DNA from: Priapulus caudatus
Taxonomy: Eukaryota
Assembly: GCF_000485595.1 (NCBI RefSeq)
Contig: NW_014577077.1
Location: 952,291 to 1,016,290, forward strand
Length of the DNA stretch: 64,000 nucleotides
Direction of reading: 5' to 3'
Below the pieces are notes generated by a model. That model was not told the origin of the DNA and did no database searches. It saw only the letters and a list, made by a program, of their open reading frames with translations. A program made the position numbers and the translations under genes. Numbering within the stretch: position 1 is the stretch's first letter; each line of letters begins with the position of its first letter. Positions 1 through 53,500 of this stretch are shown in pieces.

Positions 1-623
1 CATCAAAATATGTATCGGGGTTTAAAGTTGTAGAAAATGAACACATTGAATGATAGGTTTGGTGTTTTTGACTTTAAAAGAAATTTTCAAGTAAAAAAAT
101 GTTTTTTTTACCTACCAACCTACCCTTTAAAAAAATTAATTTGGAACCGTAAACAGACATTTATTTTATTTTATGCCTAGTATCGAGTTATATCAGCAGT
201 TTGTAAGAATTGATATTATAATTGAAATCCCCAATATCAGCAGTTTGTTTGGTCAGCAGTTAATAATTTCAGGAGCTTTTTGGTCAGCAGTTGATAATCA
301 CTGTCTGTGGGGCTGTGTGGGGGTTTAACATGTTTTGCCAACAATACATAATTCATGCAGGAATTGGTGACAATCGGCAGGAATAATGCCATTTATTGAC
401 TGGGCAAACATGGTCACTGTGTTTGTGTAGGCCTACGAACTATAATTGTTATTCAAGAAACAGGCATATTGATATTTCGGAAAACCTACCTTAAGTGCAG
501 GAGATAAAGGTATATTAACTTGTATTAACTCAGCTACAAAGTTTTTGGCGTCAAACTCAACCGAACGTGAAGATGTTGTGAGCACATTGTCGTGAAGAGC
601 CTCATTATGGATTTTGGGATATC

Positions 624-1151
624 CCAGGGGAGTCCCATGAAGGGAATTCCTCAACTTAAAAATAACTTAGCTAATAAAAATTCGCTGTTTCCCTTTTATA
701 GTATACATTTTAAATTATATATATTTTAAATATGCATATATTTAGGATGAAAGAAAGAAGTTGCGCGCCTGGCGAGAAACATACGTTTTTTATATTTCCG
801 CGGCTGTCGAGTTTCGAACAACCGACACCTAACGTATGAGGCAAGCGTGCTACTACTGCGCCACAGCGCAAGCTGGTCATGACGCGTTTAATTACATTGG
901 TTACATTGGTTACATTGGACTACATTGGTTAATGGTAGTCGCTTCGATACACCGGTATGCTATTTTTAGCCAGTTTTAAATCAAACGGCTTCAAATTCAA
1001 CTTTATCCTATTTTCATCATTGCAAAAGTGCGCCAATATTACTCTATATGAGTGGTAATGCATCGTTTATAGTCAAGCAATTTCAAATCATGCGAGCAGA
1101 TTCAGAGAACATAGCTAACAAATAATGGGCTGTTCCCTTTTATAGTATAGA
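624..1151 (-). mobile_element. Candidate non-autonomous Helitron carrying the tRNA-like segment
   Basis: Minus strand starts a|TCTATACTATAAAAGGGAACAG (a second copy of this end lies near 686-707) and ends with a small hairpin gaattccc-ttcat-gggactc followed by CTGG. Confidence 0.45.
798..869 (-). pseudogene. tRNA-derived sequence (SINE head or tRNA pseudogene)
   Basis: The minus strand reads gcgcTGTGGCGCAGTAGtagcacgcttgcctCATacgttaggtgtcggttGTTCGAAACtcgacagccg, with A-box and B-box; stems are imperfect. Confidence 0.55.
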
Positions 1152-1176
1152 TATACTACACATATATATTATATAG

Positions 1177-1231
<55 letters not shown>

Positions 1232-1298
1232 TAGGCTCTATACCAGATAAAGTCTAGGTTGGTGATTAGTTAGAATTATTTTAAATGAGTTATGATTA

Positions 1299-1342
<44 letters not shown>

Positions 1343-1352
1343 GTCCTTGCAG

Positions 1353-43509
<42,157 letters not shown>

Positions 43510-44543
43510 AACATTATCAAAAACCAGATGCGAAGAATGAGACGCAGCGGTGGCCGTCACGAATTGAGAGAGCATTGTGGCCATTAGAAAGACAGACACC
43601 AAACGAGAGATGACAGAGGACATCGGGGAACTGAGCATGGAGCGAGAGGCGAAAGTGGTCGACGTGAAACCGGATGCGAAATGAGAGAGGACAGTGGCCG
43701 TCTAGAGGCTGTACGCAAAATGAGAGACTATGGTGGCTGTTGGGAAACTGGATGGTGACGATGGGGAAAGGTGATGTCGGACTGGAACTTCCACCTCCAG
43801 AATACGCAGCTCTGGAGCCTGTAGTGACGATGCTGAATGTGTCAGCAAGTCATGACGAAGCATCAGTAGGGCCACTGTAAGCATATGATACGATGATGTA
43901 ACAGTGTTCGGTTTAGACATTGGTCCACATAAGCAGTACAAATGCTTCTCGTACAAGCAAAATGTTAGACGGATTGTGAACACACCAACAGATATGTTAT
44001 CTGAGCATAATTTACACTAGACTATTACTTAATTAATTCGACTTGACAATAATATTCTCGTTTACAATAAGTTTTTTTATGTGTGCATAATAACTAATAG
44101 GCCGTATATTAATTAATAATTTAGTATTTAACAATAGGTTCTGCTAGTCTGCCTTTCGTCCCACGTTTGAATGGGAATATATTGTATGCAGATGGAGCGT
44201 GTCAAGAGGTGTGCAATTACTACAGTAAAATTATGTACAGAAGCTAGTTAATATAGAATTATAGAGTTGAAGGTTTAAGCAGACGATTCCGCCCAATGTG
44301 GTAGCTAAGCAAGTGTATACCAAATTCTTTACATTTCATAATTGGCTACACAGTCTTAGTTGCATGTTAAGTTTGGGGCGCTGTGGTAAATATTCGGTTG
44401 TATATGGCGATATATATACTGGTAGATTTACCACAGCACGCATGTGGAATAAATTAACCAATCACTGATTGAAATAAAGCGAGAATGTGCAGCAGTAATA
44501 GAAAAGTGTTCATCAAATCAGAGGATTATGGCTCCTATAGTAG

Positions 44544-45007
44544 CAGGGGTGGATTCAGGATTTTTGAAAAGGGGGTGTCCAGGAAGAAATAAAGGGCACT
44601 TTTTCCTGCTTACTTTTTCTGGTGTTTTAAAAAGCTGTTTTAAAGGCCACTTAGGGGGTGTATGCTTTGGGGGATTTCCCCCAAGATTTTTAAAAAAAAT
44701 TGGTGCATTCTGAGAGAATCTGAGCAGTAATTTTGATGTCTAGAATGCAAAAATTTATCAGATCCGGTCCCCGGACGCCTGAGGACCCCTCTTTGCCCAT
44801 TTCTAGGTTTTTATAACGAATTTACATATATATAAGTAAATCTTTATCAGAAAAACTAGCGCTAAACAAGATTTTTTTATGGAGACAATATAAGAGAAGT
44901 GTGTGTGTGTGTGTGTGTGTGCACGCGCGTGTAAGCTTTGTTTCCTTTTTTTGTGGTAAAAAGGTGGGGTCCGGGCCCCCTCGGCCCCCCTTCTGGATCC
45001 GCCCCTG
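44544..45007. mobile_element. CAGGGG-terminated MITE (hAT-like) with 5-bp flanking duplication
   Basis: AGTAG|caggggtggattcagga ... tctggatccgcccctg|AGTAG. Confidence 0.8.
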
Positions 45008-46638
45008 AGTAGGTCCGTGGTGCAATGCTATATTATTTGACAATAGTAATTTTCGTGTATTATTTATCTAGCCCGTTTCAGGAAAATACAATAACGTCAA
45101 AGATGGTTTAAGGTACTTCAGTGGTAATATAATTAACTTGGTGTGTTCACAGGTGTGTTCACGTGTAATAACAGAGCAAACGAGTCCTTCCTACTACAGG
45201 GGACCTGCTTCTAAATCAAATAGGTTGCGTGTATTGGCATATTACGTAAACCAAGTATATACTACCCGTGATCAAAGTACAAGTCATTTTGCTATCACAC
45301 ATGTGACAAATAATATTCAGCGTGTAGCAATAATGTTGTCGCAATGGACTGCATGTTTTACTTAGGGGATTGATAAAAGCATGTACCGGAAACAAATGAT
45401 TCTTTGACTACTAAACGTGGATTAAATAATATTACGTAACAAATAACGACAACTTTATTCTACCTCAGTGTGATTCAATCCATGGTCAACGTTGACATAA
45501 ACTTTAGTCCGTGCATGTACTGTTGTGACCCATACTGCTGCTGCTGCAAAGACAGCATTCTGTAATATACTTGCATAGATTATGTCACATCAAACTAGCT
45601 GCGGCAACACGTGCCACGATTGAACTTGCCTGTTGGGAAGGGTGAAGTTTGTATGCGTGAATGAATATATTTTTGTAATAACTGACGAATATGAAAATTA
45701 AGTATGAAACGAATTCCGATGATTGTTAATATGTGGCATTGCAGGGCTGTGCTGGATTGTTTGCGAAAGGTGTACAAATAGTTCGCTGTTATGTTTAGTT
45801 TATAATTCGTATATCATTTATTTTACTATGTTCCATTATTACTATAAGAGTATATAAGAGCAGATACCAGAATATACAGCTTGCTTTACGTTGACATGAG
45901 TCTGAATTAAGGTTGCTTGTTATAATTGATAAAGATATCTTACTGTGGTCGACAGAGTTAAAATGTACCGTTTGTGGGCAGACATATAACTATAGGTATG
46001 AATGTAGAATGGGTTGTTGGAAAATATAAACTGATATCTACACTTCAATAGTGACTTCACTAGCTGTGTGAACAAAGTTTTGGCTGTAGTCAGGTGATGC
46101 AATCTCTCTACTGGTAAGTTGATTGATGTCCAGTTTCTATGGAGGCTAAACCTATATGGCACCCTGGGGCAGTTTGTTTTTTATCCAAGTGAACATGCAC
46201 GACATTGTTGTCGAATTCCTTGTATGGCAGTAATAGTGTTTTTTTTACAAGTACACATACCTATTACATGTGACACAATAACATTTTATATACCGTTCGA
46301 CTATGGTGTACTGTACTTAATTGTGATCCTCCATGCCTTTCTCATGTGATGCAATTTTAACACGTTAATGTTATGGTTAGCACCTACTTTGCAGATATTC
46401 CCCTAGAAAAATATTATATTAATTTACACTTTTGTACAGTATCAAATGTTATATTTAAGCTTGCGTGTCTTGAAACTCCTCCAGGGATTCTGAGAATCAT
46501 TCTGAGAATACTTTATGTATTTAATATGACAGAAGGCAGTGCAAACCTATACCCGCCCGTTTCTGGCAACAACTGTCAGAAACTCCTCTACATTGTAGGG
46601 TTTATAGTTGTTTTATAGCCTGATGCAGGAGATTTATG

Positions 46639-48374
46639 AACAAGTGCCGCGGAGCGACAGCGCTCATCTCACGTCTACTGCGGTGACTCTGTGGTGGAGT
46701 GGTGGGATTCTAGTAAACCCTGTTAGTCCGAAATGTGTTCACATACGCACCGAAACAGTGGAAGGCACAGGGATGGTATCAGGATCCTTCTCGAAGGAAT
46801 GTTCCTTGGGATCGTTATGAAAGTTGCCACGAGATGGCGCATACGTTTAAGTGTGTTAAGATTAAAGATGGAAGCTCCCATCGTACGTAATAGCAACAAC
46901 TATTTGCAAGACAGAATAGGTAAGCACTCATCCATTTACCTACGCAAGCCTACAGGCTCAAATAGAGAGCTGCCACCTGTAACTAATTAACGCAGGCAAA
47001 AACGACACAGTACTAGCACCACCACATGCACTGGCAGTGGCTACGTTACATGTAACACACTGACAGTACAGAATGCCATAGAAATTACACGAATTAAGGA
47101 GCATAAACCTTCTTCAACCAAATTTAGCTTTTGAAATTTTACTGTGACATTGTAGCCTCATACTTCCAGTCATGTATAGATTCTACTAGCAAACCCGGCA
47201 GTCAAATTCTTTCTAACAGTAAACAAATTCATGTTTAACCCTCCTCTTGAGGGTCAAAAGGTTATCCGACACTTACTCTTCGCATGTCAGCGGAAAGTAC
47301 ATTTCATGGTCCCTTTTCAATAAAGCCATAAAAATGGTAGGTCACCGCTGAAACAAAAAAGTTTTTCAATTGCTCTGTCAGACCATGTCCTCAGAAAATG
47401 TCTAATATCTGCCTGTGCCCATTGACCATTGACCTGTGACCTCCAATTTCGGCACAGTGATGGCTTTTCCTACCATGATGATATACACCGACTATCACAA
47501 GCCTAGATCGAGCCGTTTAGACTTGTGCCGCAATTCTGCATTTCCTCCCTATACCCTTAAAGGGAGAGTTTAGTCTAGGTTCTAGGGGTTGTTTTCAGCT
47601 AATTTAGGTTATAATTACGCTACATAAAAAGTTTCATAGTTCAATCACCATTATAAATATTTTTTTTATATGTTTTAAAACTAACGACTACAGTTTGATT
47701 ACAACGACGGTGGCGCCACTCAAAGCGCACGATCTGATAAGTTGCGCAAAATCACTTTCCAGCCAAGGGCTACAGACCGAGGGTGTTTCTTATTTATACA
47801 TTTAAAAGCAAAAGGATTGTAATATATTATAAACGACATATAGTTTCAGTTATAATATGGATAAATTTGCCCTAAAATGAATATCGTTCGGTTAAATAGC
47901 ATTTAGGTATAAATATAATTGCACTTTTATGATTAGCCCTCAGTCTGTAACGTGCAAAATAAATTGTAAATACGCAACTTTTTCGGGGGTGGCAGCCGTC
48001 GCGGGTGTCATGGCGCCGCTTTCAAATTTCGTAGCCGTTGATGTGTAATTAATTATAACAATTAAATTAGGTATCTGGTAACAAATACTTGTGGGTATAG
48101 ACAATTTGTTATACAGTAAGTACAGTTGTATGCAGTAAAATCCTAGAGGCTACTGTCCCTTTAAGTTAAGGAGGGAATGTTCCCCCTTCTTTTACACCTC
48201 TTGACCTTTGACCCCCAGCTTCGACATCCCAACTCGTTTTCGGATTCCCCCCCACGCCCCGAATATCGTGACCGTACGTCGAGCGGTTAAGATTTGTGCC
48301 CAACTGTTGACGGACGGACAGACGCACGCTCAGGCGACTCTACAAGCTGCATCTGACTATGTCAGATGAGCTAA
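46639..48374 (-). mobile_element. Helentron/HINE (DINE-1-like) element, copy 1, interrupted by a 600-bp insertion
   Basis: Highly similar to 54050-55228 over ~1.15 kb; subterminal inverted motif gctcatct.ac / gtcagatgagc; hairpin catctgac-tat-gtcagatg; (GGAC)n core. Confidence 0.75.
47561..48160. mobile_element. 600-bp TTAA-targeting non-autonomous transposon (Kolobok-like)
   Basis: TTAA|agggagagtttagtctagg ... cctagaggctactgtccct|TTAA; the empty site is visible in the paralogous copy near 54980. Confidence 0.85.
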
Positions 48375-48695
48375 TAATATGTCACTTGGGTACTTCTCTA
48401 TGCTAGCTTTTAGCACAGGACTGATCCAACAGTGAAAGAAAAATTTATTTATATTTGCCTTTGATTATGCATCTCAGCACTAATATCTGGTATCTATTCA
48501 CAGCTTATTATTAGCTATTAGCCATTTTATAAAGCAATTTTTATAAATGCAACGCCTTAATCAACATACATACAGTGCACACAGCTGCAGCAGCTGCTTA
48601 TATGCAGTTGTACCTTTTACACTGTTCCTATTTCCTCTCACTCTTTGGATTCATTGTGCATTAAAACTTAACACGCGACTTCCATGTTATGCTCG

Positions 48696-49661
48696 TAGGG
48701 TCTATGTCCCCCTGACCTCTGTTTGACCTAGCTCGTTTAGCTATTTCTGACTAATACCACCGTCAGACGGGGTGGCGTCCTTACTGCACTGCTACGGCGA
48801 CAGAAAATGGGCCCAGAGCGCGCCAAGGTCGCCATAAGCGTGGTATAAGCGTGGTGGAAACGCCAGACATCGTGCTGTGGTCGCCATGGTTGCCAATGAT
48901 CGCTGAGTCACGGCGTTTGTTTTGAGCATGTTCAAAACAAATGCCAAGGTTCGGCAATCTGACCTGGAACGCGGTGAGAACGCGGTGGGGTCGCGAAGGT
49001 CGTGAGACAAGCGTCGTAACATCTCCATGAACGTAGTACACGCGCAGTACACGCGTGGCAAAGACGCTGCGAAAATGGTAACATTTGCAACGGCGACTTA
49101 ATGGATCTGTCTCATCCGATCTGCCGAACTGTTTCATGCCGATCTGTCTCGGCCACGGCCACGGCCTCGGCCTATGGTAGCTTGTTTCTTCGGCATCGTG
49201 TTTCTACTCAGCAAACGCACAAGTATACAGTTGAAATTTCCGAAAATCTGACCAGCTTATATAGTCGCCGTGAGAACGTGGTAGAAACGCCGTGAGGTCG
49301 CCGTGCAGTCGCGATACACGTAGAAGATGCGTGGTAAGAACCCCATGAGCGTGGGGAGAGCGTCGCGGGAACGCCGGTGATACGCCATAAGCGAGGAGAG
49401 GTCGTGGCGGGGGCGCCGTGAGAACGCGGTATGATTGCACAGGTCGCGGCTTTTTTTCAATTTTGTAATTTGTTGGGACTTTTTCTCGCGTTGTGTTCGC
49501 GTTTGCCGGCGACCTTGTACATTTTCTGGTCGCCGTCCAGTCTGACGAGGGTATTACCATAACCCTAACCATAAACCTTATATATATTATATATAATATA
49601 TATTAGTCAGAAATAGCTAAACGAGCCAGGTCAAACAGAGGTCAGGAGGACATAGACCTTA
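48696..49661. mobile_element. MITE with ~60-bp TIRs hosting the Harbinger-like element
   Basis: tagggtctatgtccccctgacctctgtttgacctagctcgtttagctatttctgactaa ... ttagtcagaaatagctaaacgagccaggtcaaacagaggtcaggaggacatagacctta. Confidence 0.8.
48755..49553 (-). mobile_element. Non-autonomous PIF/Harbinger-like transposon, copy 2
   Basis: TAA|taccaccgtcagac ... gtctgacgagggta|TTA; reverse-complement homologue of 13228-14071. Confidence 0.8.
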
Positions 49662-50299
49662 TCTGCTCATGTTACATTTATGTGGAGCTCTCTAGCATGT
49701 TGCATAGAATTGCCCTTCGTGTTTATAATTTTATTGAGATAATGGCATTAATCCGTGTAATTACTGGCTGATGAACAGAACAAATAGAAAATTGTTTACT
49801 TTTACTAAACAACGACGTATTGTTCATTTAATTTATTCTCACACTATCATGATCATTTGTATTTGGACGTATTGATGAAAAAATGCAGCCCATGCGTGTG
49901 TATAGGAAAAAGCGATCTTGCTAACATAGCAATCACATCTATGTTTCACATTGCAAACAAATGAAATTTTTTACGAATACTACAATTACTTCTTCATCGT
50001 GTTTGCTAAAATATCCTTAATGGGTTTCATAGAGGCAACTACTGTCCATGGATATGCTTTAAAAAGGATTTTTATTCTGCCTTCCTTTAGAGAACATGAC
50101 GTTCATAGCACAATAAACGTAACAATACATTAATTACACTACTCGCTTACCACACTTGCACTTATTAAAAAATACATAATGCCCCACCTCCAGCTAGAAT
50201 TCTTTGTACACTCAACAAATCAAACTCTGCGCACCTCTGTTTACCTCCTGAAGCGTTGCATGGGATTTCCGGACGTCATTCCTCGAGGCGAACGGCATG

Positions 50300-50593
50300 T
50301 TACAACAGCACCTTGGAGTCGGCCGCTCCGAGCGCCGCCTCGGCCACAGCCACGCGTGACGCTAGCGCCACCTGCGTGTCCACGGGCAACCGGTGCTTGT
50401 TGCGCAGCAGGAAGTGGTGCAGGAAGAGGCGGAGTCCCTCGCGCAGCGGCCGCAGCTTGGCGGCGGTGGCGGCGGAGGCGAGGCGCAGGAAGGCGGTACG
50501 TGTCGTCTCCTCCTCCTGCTCCAGCAGCAGCTCGAGCAGCACGCCACGAAGGAAGTGCACCATTGGCTTCTCTAGTTCACCAAACTCAACGAC
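50300..50593 (-). CDS. NOM1: NOM1 last coding exon
   Basis: VVEFGELEKPMVHFLRGVLLELLL...LREGLRLFLHHFLLRN...DSKVLL*. Confidence 0.93.
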   Translation of the reverse strand, partial: VVEFGELEKPMVHFLRGVLLELLLEQEEETTRTAFLRLASAATAAKLRPLREGLRLFLHHFLLRNKHRLPVDTQVALASRVAVAEAALGAADSKVLL

Positions 50594-53500
50594 CTGCAAT
50601 AGCAGACGCTGCCAGAAGATCTACATGGCTATGCAATACCCGCTTCATAATAAGCCATATCGGAATGTTCCCGCCGCCATATTGAAATCAGATAAGATGG
50701 GTGATAAGTTGCCTATATATAACATTGTTACGATAGTACTAGTTGAGGTTTTTGAACTATAATTCTCTTCACTAACATCGTACTTCAATTCTCAGGTGCG
50801 TTTCTGTTTACAGAAACATTTACAAATATGATTGCGGTCATTTGGGATATTTTGCAATGATTGTGTTAATGCAAAAACTAAAATTGCACGAGTGTTTACA
50901 TTAATCATGTACTTTGCTAAGCGCGCCGCGGCCATTTTATACCCCTTTTTCTATGACCTAAATAACACAGCTGGACTTTCCGATATGGCTTATACTTGCC
51001 GATGGCAATGCTACTAATGCCACGACACAAGCTTCACACGTTTGATCAAACAGTTTATGATAAGGTGTACTTTTGGATGATGGTTCGTGCCCTACCTTGA
51101 AGACGGCAAGCGACAAAGATTTCGTGGCAATTAGGAACACTAAAGTCTTGGCCAAGTTGCCTGCCTGCAGTTCACTTAAATTGCCGATCTCTTTGAACTT
51201 GTCCCACAGATAAAACTGAGTCATCATCTGTATGGATCAAAACACATTACAGTATTCAGTGTGTGGCGCGTAAATGAGGTTCATCTCTTTACTTGCACAC
51301 AATATTGCACACGATTGCATACGAGTGAAAGACTCATTTGGAAATTAATATGCAATTAAATTACGAGCTTGCCATGCTTGCCCATATTGGCTTATTCATA
51401 CCTACATTACTAATTCGGACGCAACGTGCATTCGCTGACGAATGGAAACATTTATAACTGCATTTGGGGTACAACTTATAGTAGACGTATGTCAACTTCA
51501 TGCACCATGAACTTCCTGTCGTGGGCGCACAGCTTCCGAAGCAGATGCGCGTAGAACGGATTGTAGGACTTCTCCTGGACGGCGCAATGCATCGCGATGT
51601 TCACCATCTCTTTCTCCTGTTGGTTCTTCAGTCCCAGACGGAGGAGCTTCTCGAATGCATCGAGATAGTCCTGCAACATATGAGGCAGTCGCGTGATGAC
51701 GCGCGATGCTTGCCACAATCATTTACATAGTTTACAATTTTATTCCAAAATGCACAAAAGGCTGATGGAGAGAGCATTTAAAAACTTGCACCCAACTCTG
51801 TCCCTTTACAAGATTTCCCGCATCCGCTGGCACTCATGGACCCACTATAATTGTCCGATCCCCCAGGGTGATTGACAGACAGCTCTAGCCAATCATTGTT
51901 GCGATTGGACGTTCTAAACGACAATGCTTGCAAAGTGCTGCAAAGTCAACAATTTGCCTTGCATTCATGAAAAACACGTATAAACTGGGTGAGCTCGATC
52001 GACCTAGCAACAGTATCCAAGCTGGGGATGGTTAATTGTCTTGCCTAAATGAATAAAGCTACGTTTAGCGGCTCTCTCAAATGAAATAATAGCACGCAAA
52101 GCTATGCTTGTTCTGATTATGTTCCTATACACAGGCACTCACCTCGCTCATCATGATGACGCAGAAGACGTTGCGCCTCACATCCGTGTTCATGCGCTGC
52201 TGGCGTGCTAGCTCCAGCACCCGGCCCGTAGCCTCACTCACGACAGACACCGGCGCCTCCTCACTCACTGCAATCAAATGCCGCCATGTAACATACACGA
52301 TACCCTTGTCAGGAGTGATGTAATTAACAGAATTCTGCTCTGAACATCTTACAAAAATTTGGAATAAATAACATTCAATTTAAAATGTATAAAAAATATT
52401 AATGTATTCAAACGTGAAATTTTATTAAACCAATATAGATCATGAATAATAAATAGTTAATCTGGTAATTACATTACTTCTGGAGTTTTAAATATCGGTG
52501 AGCACACTAATGTAGATGCAGAACTAAGCAATATGTTACATGATAATTCTCATCCAGTGATCATATACACCACTAAATTTATCATCTAACATCATAGCAA
52601 AATCACTTAAACGATTACTATATTTGCCTTTTGTTCAATGGTTCCAAAAGAGACCAGAAAAACTAAGAGGCTAATTTATAAGTGGCAGAAATGCAGGCAG
52701 TGTGACATTGTAAGATTAACCCAAACATAAAAATGTATAATTTACAATTTAGATTCCCTTATTAGGGTATATACCCTATTAATGTCAGATCTGTCAGCAA
52801 AACATATCATATTAGTTTGGGTGGAATAAAAAATATTTTTTGACAAAGGTGGGTAATGGGCTCAATTCGGGTTGGAAGTTCTGGATCTAAAATTCTACAT
52901 GAACCATATTCAGAATTCAACTATTACTCAGCATTTCATTATTTTCCAACTCAATAACTCAAAGTGAACTCAAAATGAGTAAAACCTTGTATAATGTATT
53001 AACATTAATGTTGAACATGTGTACCTGGCTGGGCATCTTGCTGATCTCTCAATGCCGATCCCACCACCCACCAGCGTCCTCTTTCTTCCGCATTCAGAAG
53101 GTCGTGAAGCGAGATTCTGAGTTCGGATTCTGTCGAGCCCCTCACCAGGTGGCGCAGTAACTTCCTTAGGTGTTCGAGGTGCGTCCGGTCGTAGTTTGGA
53201 ATCTTGCGCATGTTGTTGTTCTTAATGGCCAAGATAACTTCCAGCATGAACTTCACCCTAGACCTACAATGCAGAGGACCGTTGCTTACTGTTTTGTCTT
53301 GAGATAGGGATGTTTACATGCGCGAATTCATAAATGCACGTTGGGCTACGCTTTCACACATCAACGCTGCTTCAGGATTTACTATTTATTTTTAAAATAT
53401 TTGTTTTGATGGTAGATCAAGAGACTAGGTACAACTTAATCGAGACATGATTACCAGCTCAATAACTAAATTGCTGGTCATTCAAAAATCGTTATTATAA

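Noticed and set aside
798..869. Functional tRNA-Met gene
   Set aside because: The anticodon and acceptor stems pair poorly, so it is reported only as tRNA-derived.
43510..43880. Coding-looking sequence after the Cobl-like stop (68-aa ORF; possible read-through)
   Set aside because: The read-through frame stops again within about 26 codons, and no clear acceptor or recognisable motif is present. Treated as 3' UTR.
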